IMG/VR virus record: IMGVR_UViG_3300021139_002062
Source: a virus
Length of the DNA stretch: 64,000 nucleotides
Reading direction: 5' to 3' (one strand)
Shown piece by piece: positions 15,655 through 24,425 of the stretch (position 1 is the first letter of the stretch; the number at the start of each line of letters is the position of its first letter). Below the pieces are notes generated by a model. That model ran no database searches and was not told the DNA's origin. It saw only the letters and a list, made by a program, of their open reading frames with translations. The position numbers and the translations under genes are program-made.

Positions 15655-17559
15655 ATGAGTAAAACCCCTTGGTCTACCATCGGATATTTAGTATATAAAA
15701 GAACATACGCAAGACGTTTAGATGAAACAAATCCAAACAGTCCCACAGAAGAATTTGAACAAACCGTGGATAGGGTTATTAAAGCCTGCGAAACCCAATT
15801 AAACTGTGGATTCACTAAAGAAGAACAGCACAAACTAAAAAAATATTTATTAGAATTAAAAGGCACCGTAGCCGGAAGATTTTTATGGCAATTAGGCACC
15901 GATACTGTTGGTAAATTAGGACTGGCATCCTTACAAAATTGTGCTTTTACTGTTGTTGATCAGCCCGTTAAACCATTCACTTGGGCATTTGATATGCTAA
16001 TGTTGGGGTCGGGCGTGGGGTACAATATACAACGTAAAAATGTTGAAAAATTACCTCCAGTAAACATTAATTTTAAAGCACCAACAAGGGTGACGACAGC
16101 CGATGCAGATTTTATTGTTCCTGACACAAGAGAGGGCTGGGTTAAGTTGTTGGGTAAGACGTTAAAAGCCGCGTTCTTATCTGACGGAGCAACTACATTT
16201 TCATACAGCACTCAATTAGTTCGCTCTAAGGGCGCGTTAATTAAGGGGTTTGGTGGTGTTGCTAGTGGGCCAGAAGATTTGGTGCGTGGAATAGACCAAA
16301 TTAGCGCCGTTTTGGAAAAGCGTGTAGGTAAACAAATTCGTCCAATTGACGCCCTAGATATTATGAATATTATTGGTTCCGTTGTTGTTGCAGGCAATGT
16401 GCGCCGCTCCGCTCAAATTGCAATTGGTGATGCAGACGATGTTGAGTTTTTATTGGCAAAACGCTGGGACATGGGGAATATTCCAAGTTGGAGAGCCATG
16501 TCAAATAACAGTGTAATTTGCAATGACATTTCGGATTTACATGAATATTTCTGGGATGGTTACGAAGGCAAAGGTGAGCCCTATGGACTGATCAATTTAA
16601 GACTATCCAAAAAGGTAGGGCGCCTAGGAGAAACTCAATACCCAGATCCGCTAGTTCAAGGATATAACCCTTGTGCAGAGCAATCTTTAGCCCCCTATGA
16701 AACCTGCTGTTTAGCAGAAATTTATTTACCAAATGTTTCTAGCAAAGAAGAGTTTATTGACATTGCTAAATTACTATATCGCATTAATAAGCATTCTTTA
16801 AATATTCCTTGCCACCAAAAAGAAACGGAGGCGATTGTACATTTACAGCAACGTATGGGGATTGGTGTTACAGGGGTATTACAATCATCAGAAGAACAAC
16901 GCAGTTGGTTGTCTGACGCCTATGTAGAGTTGCGTAAATTTGATGCGGAATATAGTGAAAAACTAGGATACAATACGTCGGTTAAATTAACCACATGCAA
17001 ACCATCGGGCACATTATCTTTACTACCAGGAGTTACTTCAGGGATTCACCCAGCGTATGCACAATACATGATTCGTCGTGTTCGTATAGCCGCGGGTCAT
17101 CCACTCTTAGAAACATGCAAACAACATGGGTATCATGTAGAGCCACAACGCAATTTTGATGGGTCAGAAGATCACAGCACCATGGTGGTTGAGTTTCCTT
17201 TTGCCTACCCAAAAGGCACTAAATTAGCCGCAGAAATGACGGCAATTGACCAGTTAAAAGAGGTTAAAAGATTGCAAGAAGAATGGTCCGATAATTCTAT
17301 TTCTTGCACGGTGTATTACCGAAAAGAAGAACTACCCGAGATTCGTGAATATTTGAAAAAGAATTACAAAAATAATCATAAATCATTGAGTTTTTTACTT
17401 CATTCTGATCATGGATTTCATCAAGCCCCATTGGAAGAAATAACCGAAGAAAGATATAATGACCTTATTAAAAATACCACATTAATTACGGAAATTAATC
17501 AGTTCTTAGATATGGCGGACGACGCAGATTGCGCTGGTGGAGCATGCCCAATTCGATGA
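15655..17559 (+). CDS. nrdJ: Class II (B12-dependent) ribonucleotide reductase
   Basis: Contains PWS..GYLVYKRTYAR, active-site GYNPCAEQSL...CCLAEI, TCKPSGTLS and a C-terminal Cys pair CAGGACP. ATG 15655 is the preferred start. Confidence 0.8.
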   Translation: MSKTPWSTIGYLVYKRTYARRLDETNPNSPTEEFEQTVDRVIKACETQLNCGFTKEEQHKLKKYLLELKGTVAGRFLWQLGTDTVGKLGLASLQNCAFTVVDQPVKPFTWAFDMLMLGSGVGYNIQRKNVEKLPPVNINFKAPTRVTTADADFIVPDTREGWVKLLGKTLKAAFLSDGATTFSYSTQLVRSKGALIKGFGGVASGPEDLVRGIDQISAVLEKRVGKQIRPIDALDIMNIIGSVVVAGNVRRSAQIAIGDADDVEFLLAKRWDMGNIPSWRAMSNNSVICNDISDLHEYFWDGYEGKGEPYGLINLRLSKKVGRLGETQYPDPLVQGYNPCAEQSLAPYETCCLAEIYLPNVSSKEEFIDIAKLLYRINKHSLNIPCHQKETEAIVHLQQRMGIGVTGVLQSSEEQRSWLSDAYVELRKFDAEYSEKLGYNTSVKLTTCKPSGTLSLLPGVTSGIHPAYAQYMIRRVRIAAGHPLLETCKQHGYHVEPQRNFDGSEDHSTMVVEFPFAYPKGTKLAAEMTAIDQLKEVKRLQEEWSDNSISCTVYYRKEELPEIREYLKKNYKNNHKSLSFLLHSDHGFHQAPLEEITEERYNDLIKNTTLITEINQFLDMADDADCAGGACPIR

Positions 17560-17590
17560 AATCTAAATAATCGTCATGGTGTTATTTTAC

Positions 17591-17617
17591 AGGAGACTTG
17601 CGGGTCTCCTTTTTTTC
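17591..17617 (+). terminator. Rho-independent terminator
   Basis: Stem AGGAGAC/GTCTCCT, loop TTGCGG, then T7. Confidence 0.75.
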
Positions 17618-17645
17618 GTTTACAATTTGTTTTTAAGGAGAAATA

Positions 17646-18164
17646 ATGTCAAATACATTTTTAGTATCAGATACCCACTTTGGGCACAAAGGTGTTTGCC
17701 ATTTTTTACGGGCAGACGGCGTAACCAAATTACGACCCTGGGACACACCCGAAGAGATGGATGAAGCAATGATTAAGTTATGGAACGAAACTGTACAGCC
17801 AAAAGACAAGGTGTACCACCTAGGCGACGTGGTGATTAACCGTAAGGCACTTGCCACATTGGGGCGTTTGAATGGTGACAAGGTGCTCATTAAGGGCAAC
17901 CACGACATCTTTCGATTGGAGGAGTATACGCCGTACTTCAGAGACATTCGTGCCTATCACATTGTGTACAACACCGTGCTGTCCCACATACCCATCCACC
18001 CAGACTCCAAACAACGGTTTGATGGTAATATACACGGACACTTACACTCCAACAAACTAGATGACCCATGGTACTTGTGCGTGTGTGTAGAACAAACCGA
18101 TTTTAAACCGATTGCCTTGGAAGAGGCGATTAAACGATTAAGGGAGCAAAACCATGTTTATTAA
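17646..18164 (+). CDS. Calcineurin-like metallophosphoesterase
   Basis: Contains SDTHFGH, HLGDVV, KGNHD and GHLH motifs. Confidence 0.8.
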   Translation: MSNTFLVSDTHFGHKGVCHFLRADGVTKLRPWDTPEEMDEAMIKLWNETVQPKDKVYHLGDVVINRKALATLGRLNGDKVLIKGNHDIFRLEEYTPYFRDIRAYHIVYNTVLSHIPIHPDSKQRFDGNIHGHLHSNKLDDPWYLCVCVEQTDFKPIALEEAIKRLREQNHVY

Positions 18165-19041
18165 GTACCAGCACCTAGAAAAATTTGGCAACACCGAAGT
18201 AGAGGGCATTGAGATTGGCAAGTGCTATGTCTTCCCCAAACTAGACGGCACCAACGGGCAGTTGTGGAACGAAGACGGCAAACTCATGGCGGGTTCTCGT
18301 AATAGGGTATTGTCATTAGACAACGACAATGCTGGGTTTTACGGTGCTATGCTTGGAAAAACAAACGTCAAAATTTTCCTAGCAGATCAGCCGCATTTGA
18401 CACTATACGGTGAGTGGTTGGTGCCACACACCCTAAAAACCTATGAGGACAGCGCGTGGCGTAAGTTTTATATTTTTGACGTTTTTAATCGTGAAACAAA
18501 TAAGCTGCTTCACTATGAAGAATACAAGCCGTTATTGGACCATTATTTATTAGATTACCTGCCACCCATCGCCATTATTAATAACGGCGGGCATGAACAT
18601 TTTGTTGAGTGCCTAAAGAAGAACATCTTCTTGATTAAGGACGGCATGGGGGTGGGTGAGGGTATTGTGATTAAAAACTACGCCTTTGAAAACCGTTTTG
18701 GCAGACAAATCTGGGCAAAGATTATCACCAATGAGTTTAAGGAGAACCACCATAAGGAGATGGGTGCACCAGAGATTGGTGGTGAGGTGATTGAGCAGAA
18801 GATTGTGGAGAAGTGTGTTACCCAGCACCTAGTCGATAAGACAGTTGCGAAAATAACATTGGAAAAGGACGGCTGGTCGTCAAAATATATTCCGATGTTA
18901 TTAAGTATGGTATACTACGATTTAATCCATGAAGAGTTGTGGGATCAGTTAAAAGAGCACAAACAACCAACGATTAACTTTAGAACACTAAACACGTACA
19001 CCATTCACAAAATTAAAGAACTAGCAAAGGATATATTTTGA
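18154..19041 (+). CDS. ATP-dependent RNA ligase (Rnl2 / PF09414-like nucleotidyltransferase)
   Basis: Motif I KLDGTNG, motif III LYGEWL, motif IV EGIVIKN, motif V WAKII. Confidence 0.7.
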   Translation: MFIKYQHLEKFGNTEVEGIEIGKCYVFPKLDGTNGQLWNEDGKLMAGSRNRVLSLDNDNAGFYGAMLGKTNVKIFLADQPHLTLYGEWLVPHTLKTYEDSAWRKFYIFDVFNRETNKLLHYEEYKPLLDHYLLDYLPPIAIINNGGHEHFVECLKKNIFLIKDGMGVGEGIVIKNYAFENRFGRQIWAKIITNEFKENHHKEMGAPEIGGEVIEQKIVEKCVTQHLVDKTVAKITLEKDGWSSKYIPMLLSMVYYDLIHEELWDQLKEHKQPTINFRTLNTYTIHKIKELAKDIF

Positions 19042-19472
19042 AAACAACATTGACATTGATTCGGGGACTTCCTGGCAGTGGTAAGTCTTACTTGGCAAGT
19101 AGTTTGAGAGAGGCTGCTGAAGGTAATCTGATAATGTGGGTAGAGGCAGATGACTATTTTTATGATGACTATGGAAACTATGTGTTTGATGCCAATGAAC
19201 TCACCCAGGCACATGAACACTGCCAACTAAAGACAGAATTGTATTTAAGCCAGGATGTGGATGTTGTTGTGGCTAATACCTTCACAACGCCGAGTGAGAT
19301 GAAGCCCTATTACCTCATGGCAAAACAGTTTAATGCCGTATTGAACGTCATTACCTGCCAAGGTGATTTCGGCAATGTGCACAATGTACCAGAATCCACC
19401 CTTGACAAAATGAAGAAACGCTTCTTTCACGGCGATGTAATCGCAGAACTGGACAGACTTTATGGTGTATAG
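19038..19472 (+). CDS. P-loop polynucleotide-kinase-like ATPase
   Basis: TTG start in a TTGA overlap. Has a Walker A GLPGSGKS and is small (144 aa), like a PNK kinase domain. Confidence 0.6.
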   Translation: MKTTLTLIRGLPGSGKSYLASSLREAAEGNLIMWVEADDYFYDDYGNYVFDANELTQAHEHCQLKTELYLSQDVDVVVANTFTTPSEMKPYYLMAKQFNAVLNVITCQGDFGNVHNVPESTLDKMKKRFFHGDVIAELDRLYGV

Positions 19473-21414
19473 CATCGACTTTGAGACCCGCAGTGCCATT
19501 GACTTAACAGAACGTGGACTAGACATTTATGCCAACGACCCAAGCACCGAGGTGTTGTGTATTGCGTACTGTCAAGCCCCTAACGGTGTAGAAGTGAGAA
19601 ATCCTTTAACTAAGTACACACTTAATCCGCTATTGGATTGGGTTCGCAACGGTGGCAAAATACAGGCATGGAACGCCATGTTTGAATATGCCGTTTGGAA
19701 TTGTGTGTGCGTACCAAAGTACGGCTGGCCACCACTAAAACTGGAGCAAGTGATTGACTCCATGGCCATAGCGGCAGCCAATAATATCCCCCAAGCACTG
19801 GGTGACGCTTCGGTATTCATGAATAGCGAATACCAAAAAGACACCCGCGGCCGGTACCTCATTCAGAAACTGTCCAAACCCCAAAAAAACGGTGAGTTTA
19901 ACAACGACCCAGAACTACTTGCCGAGTTGTATGAGTACTGCAAACAGGACGTTCGAACCGAGATGTCCATTGTGGCCAATTTAAGACCACTTTCTACGGC
20001 TGAACAGGCGGTTTGGGAACTCACCCAACGCATCAACTTGCGTGGTGTGCCCGTCGACCCCAAGGAGCTCCAAAACGCCGTAAACGCCGTTGAGAGCGCA
20101 CAGAAGAAGTTGGACGATGAGTTGCTATCCATTACTGGTTGTAAGCCCTCTGAGCGGGCTAAATTGCTGGATTGGATTAATCAACGATTAGAGCGGTTGG
20201 GTATGACCCAACTCGCCGATTTGACCGCAGAGACCGTTGAAAAAATGTTGCAGAGCAACATATTAGACGAGCAGTCTCGCCGTGCATTAGAATTACGACA
20301 AGAAGGAAGCCAAACTAGCGTGGCTAAGTACGCTAAGATGTTGGAGATACAGAGAGATGGAAAAATTAGGAATACATTGGTATACCATGGTGCTAGCACA
20401 GGTCGTTGGGCTAGTCGTGGTGGTCTTAACTTACAAAATATTGCGCGCCCTACAATTAAAGATGAAGAAATTGAAGCTGCAATACCAAATGTCTTTGGTG
20501 GAAATGTGGGAAATGTGCTGCGAAATGAATTGCGCATGGGGACACTTGCTTCCCTCGTCCGATCAGCAATTAAAGCTCCTCAAGGAAGGGCCTTCGTTGA
20601 TGTGGATTTTAGTTCGATTGAAAACCGAGTTGGTGTATGGCTTGCGGGGCAAACCGACAAAGTTGAATTATTCAGAAAGGGCCTTGATGAGTACAAATTT
20701 TTCGCCTCCGATTCGCTTTACCGAATCCCGTATGAAAGTGTTACAAAAGATCAACGACAAGTTGCCAAATCAGCGGTCTTGGGCGCAATGTTCGGACAAG
20801 GAGCAAAAGGCCTTGTTAAGTACGCTGACGGAATGGGAGTAAAACTGACAGAAGTTCAAGCAAAAAATGCGGTAGACAATTACCGTCGATCGTATTCTAA
20901 GGTAAAGGCGCTGTGGGCGCTATGTGAGGAAGCCGCAATTGAAGCCGTTAATAACCCCAATGTGGCATTTAAGGCAGGCAACAAGATTGCCATGAAGGTG
21001 GCTAAGAATGCTTTGTGGTTGCAATTACCTAGTGGCAGACTGATCTGCTGGCAACGGCCACAACTCGAGTTGGTCACCACACCTTGGGGTGAAACCAAGT
21101 ACGGTGTCACTGTTCACAGCCAAAACACCTATACTCGAAACTGGGGCAGAAACCAGTTGATTGGTAGCAGTATCTTCCAATCCGCTGTTCAAGGAACTGC
21201 TCGGGATTTCTTGGCGAACGCTATGCGAAACCTCGAAAACACTGGATATGAGTTGGTAAATTCCATACATGATGAGGTGCTCCTTTTAGTACATGAACAA
21301 GATGGGGAGGCAGAGTTAGAGCAGGTAATTGGTATTATGACCACACCACCATCGTGGGCTCCAGACTTTCCCTTAGCGGCAGAAGGCTGGGTTGGTAAAC
21401 GTTATAGAAAGTGA
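19462..21414 (+). CDS. Family A DNA polymerase with 3'-5' exonuclease domain
   Basis: Exo I SIDFET, motif A DVDFSSIENR, motif B RQVAKSAVLGAMFGQG, motif C NSIHDEV. Confidence 0.9.
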   Translation: MVYSIDFETRSAIDLTERGLDIYANDPSTEVLCIAYCQAPNGVEVRNPLTKYTLNPLLDWVRNGGKIQAWNAMFEYAVWNCVCVPKYGWPPLKLEQVIDSMAIAAANNIPQALGDASVFMNSEYQKDTRGRYLIQKLSKPQKNGEFNNDPELLAELYEYCKQDVRTEMSIVANLRPLSTAEQAVWELTQRINLRGVPVDPKELQNAVNAVESAQKKLDDELLSITGCKPSERAKLLDWINQRLERLGMTQLADLTAETVEKMLQSNILDEQSRRALELRQEGSQTSVAKYAKMLEIQRDGKIRNTLVYHGASTGRWASRGGLNLQNIARPTIKDEEIEAAIPNVFGGNVGNVLRNELRMGTLASLVRSAIKAPQGRAFVDVDFSSIENRVGVWLAGQTDKVELFRKGLDEYKFFASDSLYRIPYESVTKDQRQVAKSAVLGAMFGQGAKGLVKYADGMGVKLTEVQAKNAVDNYRRSYSKVKALWALCEEAAIEAVNNPNVAFKAGNKIAMKVAKNALWLQLPSGRLICWQRPQLELVTTPWGETKYGVTVHSQNTYTRNWGRNQLIGSSIFQSAVQGTARDFLANAMRNLENTGYELVNSIHDEVLLLVHEQDGEAELEQVIGIMTTPPSWAPDFPLAAEGWVGKRYRK

Positions 21415-24400
21415 TTATTTAGTTCCAAATTTACTAATAATGTCATCAGGTGTTATAAATCGACCCAACTCTGGTGACATTACCTCAACTAGTGATGCAT
21501 AACCATTTTGATATTTACTTTTTAATTCTGGATTCGCTTTTAATTTATTACTAATTGCTTCCAAAAGTAAATCATTAGCTCGATTGACTTTTGGATTTTC
21601 ACTTCTTGCAAACTCAAGTAAAGAATTGTTACTGTCCAAATCATATACGTCTGGTAAATTTTTAAAATCTGAAATTGGTTGATTACTTAATTCTCCAGTA
21701 TTAAATTTATGATTTAACCAATTTTTCAAGTCATTAGCAGTTTCTGCATCCACTTCTTTATCACGGTAACCTTTTAATTGATTGACTTGCAACTTACCAT
21801 TATGATCTCTACTTAATTCTAAAGTTGCTTTTGATTCTCCATCAGCACCTCTTAAAGAAGCAATAGAAATTCTTCCATCTTTTATTTTTTGAAAGTAGTT
21901 TCTACCATAATCACCAGTTCCCTTATTTTCTACCCCAGTATGTGGAGTTACCATAGGAATATATTTATCATTATCCCTACCACACGAACCGCCACAATGA
22001 TTTAAATCTTTAGTGTCTTGTGATAAATTACGAATTACTAAATCGGGATTTTCATTTGCTGTTTTGGAATCAAAAATAACTAATTTTCTATTATTTGGGT
22101 TACCTCCCATATCAGTAAAGTTTGTTTCAGCAGGTAAAGCATCATGATTTGATTGACGCCAAGTTTTATAGGCATTTTCATCTTTTTTTAATGCCTTAAT
22201 AGCATCTGTTTTTTCTTTAATCATTGATTGAAGAACATTTGCTGGGGTTTGACTTGTAAGTTTATTTACTGGTATATCGCCACTTAACAATCCATCTAAT
22301 ACCCTTTTTGAAATAACATTAAAACCTAAAGATTCGTCTGGAAGACCCATAAAATCAGATACAACATCGTTTCTTTTTAGGTGTGTTGCCCCTGGAAAAA
22401 GTTCTTTGTTATAAGAATGCTGATTTTGCGGATAAAATAATTTATCAATTAAATCTTCATAATATTTTCCAATCGGGGTTGTTGCCGTTTGTTTACCAAC
22501 TGGGCTATTTTTTACTTTTTCTTCTAATTCTGGAACGAGATTCCAACCACCACTAAGTCTTTCTGTAAATAAATCTCTTCTATTTGCGGCGGATTTTGCA
22601 ATAGGATCTTCGGCCATATTTCTATACCCACCAAACAATTCTTGTGGCTCAAAAGGAGACTCATTCATCACTTTTAACATTTGATCAGTTTCTAATCCTG
22701 TTCCCATTGTTTTAGTAATGTGGCTTTTAAGTGGGCCATTCACCCAACTATTATAGTGTGGTGCAATTGCTTCAATCGCTGATGGCCCGTATAATCTAGG
22801 ACCAGCATCCTCAGCACCCAGTACTGCTAAATTATTATGCCATTTTGAAAAATCTTCGGCAGCTTCTTTTTTTGCTTTTAGCATTTCTGGGCTATTAGGG
22901 TTATTAAAAATTGTTTCAGGCATATCATCCATTATTGAAGATTTACGATCTTCCCAATAGTTTTGCCACTCTCTATTTAATTTCAAATTTTTACGATTAA
23001 ATTGATTAGGGTCATAATGTGTTTTTAAGTTGGACTCAAATACTGTTAAAGGATTTGTTATTTGACTTTTAGCAAGAAACCTTCCCATATCGCCTTGTTG
23101 TTCTAAAGGCAAAATACTACCAAGCCCCAATGGTGTATTACCACCCTTAAACTTAATGGCGCCCATGCCTGCTGCAAATGGTAAAGCACTCTTACCCGCC
23201 AAAGCAGTTGCCACTTTGGCGGCTCCCATTGTGCCTAATGCTTTTAATGGGTCAATCACATTTGCCGCCATGCCATAAGGTTCAGCGGCTTCATAGGCTT
23301 TTTTATATGCCATTCCTTTTGGGTCTAACACAGACAGTTCTTGGTATTCCGGTGCCCCTAAAAAAGCATCTAGGTAACCTTGCAGTGCACCACCCTGCGG
23401 TTGTGCTCTTTTAGGATTCATTTGTGGAAATTTACCAAAAGCTGCACCAGTTTCTTCTGGCGGTTGTCTTCCATCAGCCATATGTGCTAATCCACCCTCA
23501 GCGTAGCCAATATCTCCAGCAGGATTGACATTTTCGTAGTTAGGGGCTTCATGTTTAATTTCACCACGACGCACTTTATCACGGTAGGCATTAATCGCCT
23601 CAGCACCCATGGCCGCACCCATACCAGCACCTTTAACAAGTGGGTGAGGCACCATAGAGGCTAGTGAACCAGCACCACCAATGAGGGATAAAATTTCACC
23701 AGTTATATCGCCAACTTGATGGCGATTATATGCGTCGGCACCAGCATATCCAGCACCACCTAAAGCCGCTACAGGATTTAAAAATTTACCAGCAGCGGAT
23801 GCGTAAGGAGCGACAGCCGAACCAACTTTTTCTAATCCACGCATTGGTGCATTTGCCATGCGGTTTAATACAGATGGTTTTGAAACAACCGAAGGAACTG
23901 GTTTTCTTGCACGAATATCTGGGGGTAATGCAATGCCACCTTTAAGTTCCCCACCAGCAAATTCACCGCCTGGTTGCACAATGGAAGCCAATCGGTTACC
24001 GATATTCATACCTGCTTTGTTCATTTGTCCGCCAGGAACATTTGTGCCTGTCATGCTTTCTAACCAATGAGCCGCACCAGTACCTTGAACAATTGGGGAA
24101 ATATTTGTTGCTGGGGGAGTAGAAGGGAAATTAGGCATTTTACTTGCAAACCCTTGACCAAATTTCTCACCCATTTTAAAAGGAATTTGTGCGGCTGTTT
24201 CAGCAGTTTTTAATCCAGCACCCGTAGCGGCTCCTATAGCTGCAGCTAATTCAGGAGGTGCTTTTTCAGAAAGGGAAAGACGTTCTGGATCTTTTGCCAG
24301 TTCTTCTTGTTGCAGAATGTATTTGGTGAGTTCTCTTGCACCCTCAACATCACCAGCCTTATCTGCATTTTCTAATGCTTTATAAAGAACATTTAAATCA

Positions 24401-24423
24401 TCCAACTCAGGAAGTTTAGCCAT
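21415..24423 (-). CDS. Large internal/ejected virion protein (1002 aa) with C-terminal Cys/His module
   Basis: Has Gly/Ala-rich hydrophobic stretches (GAATGAGL, GGAGYAGADAY, GAGMGAAMGAEA). It is the last gene of the late operon. The C-terminus carries HCGGSCG...ISIASLR...ATLEL...NQLKGYRD. Confidence 0.5.
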   Translation of the reverse strand: MAKLPELDDLNVLYKALENADKAGDVEGARELTKYILQQEELAKDPERLSLSEKAPPELAAAIGAATGAGLKTAETAAQIPFKMGEKFGQGFASKMPNFPSTPPATNISPIVQGTGAAHWLESMTGTNVPGGQMNKAGMNIGNRLASIVQPGGEFAGGELKGGIALPPDIRARKPVPSVVSKPSVLNRMANAPMRGLEKVGSAVAPYASAAGKFLNPVAALGGAGYAGADAYNRHQVGDITGEILSLIGGAGSLASMVPHPLVKGAGMGAAMGAEAINAYRDKVRRGEIKHEAPNYENVNPAGDIGYAEGGLAHMADGRQPPEETGAAFGKFPQMNPKRAQPQGGALQGYLDAFLGAPEYQELSVLDPKGMAYKKAYEAAEPYGMAANVIDPLKALGTMGAAKVATALAGKSALPFAAGMGAIKFKGGNTPLGLGSILPLEQQGDMGRFLAKSQITNPLTVFESNLKTHYDPNQFNRKNLKLNREWQNYWEDRKSSIMDDMPETIFNNPNSPEMLKAKKEAAEDFSKWHNNLAVLGAEDAGPRLYGPSAIEAIAPHYNSWVNGPLKSHITKTMGTGLETDQMLKVMNESPFEPQELFGGYRNMAEDPIAKSAANRRDLFTERLSGGWNLVPELEEKVKNSPVGKQTATTPIGKYYEDLIDKLFYPQNQHSYNKELFPGATHLKRNDVVSDFMGLPDESLGFNVISKRVLDGLLSGDIPVNKLTSQTPANVLQSMIKEKTDAIKALKKDENAYKTWRQSNHDALPAETNFTDMGGNPNNRKLVIFDSKTANENPDLVIRNLSQDTKDLNHCGGSCGRDNDKYIPMVTPHTGVENKGTGDYGRNYFQKIKDGRISIASLRGADGESKATLELSRDHNGKLQVNQLKGYRDKEVDAETANDLKNWLNHKFNTGELSNQPISDFKNLPDVYDLDSNNSLLEFARSENPKVNRANDLLLEAISNKLKANPELKSKYQNGYASLVEVMSPELGRFITPDDIISKFGTK

Positions 24424-24425
24424 TA

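Noticed and set aside
20357-20842. 161-aa alternative-frame ORF inside the DNA polymerase gene.
   Set aside because: The polymerase motifs A and B span this interval in the main frame.
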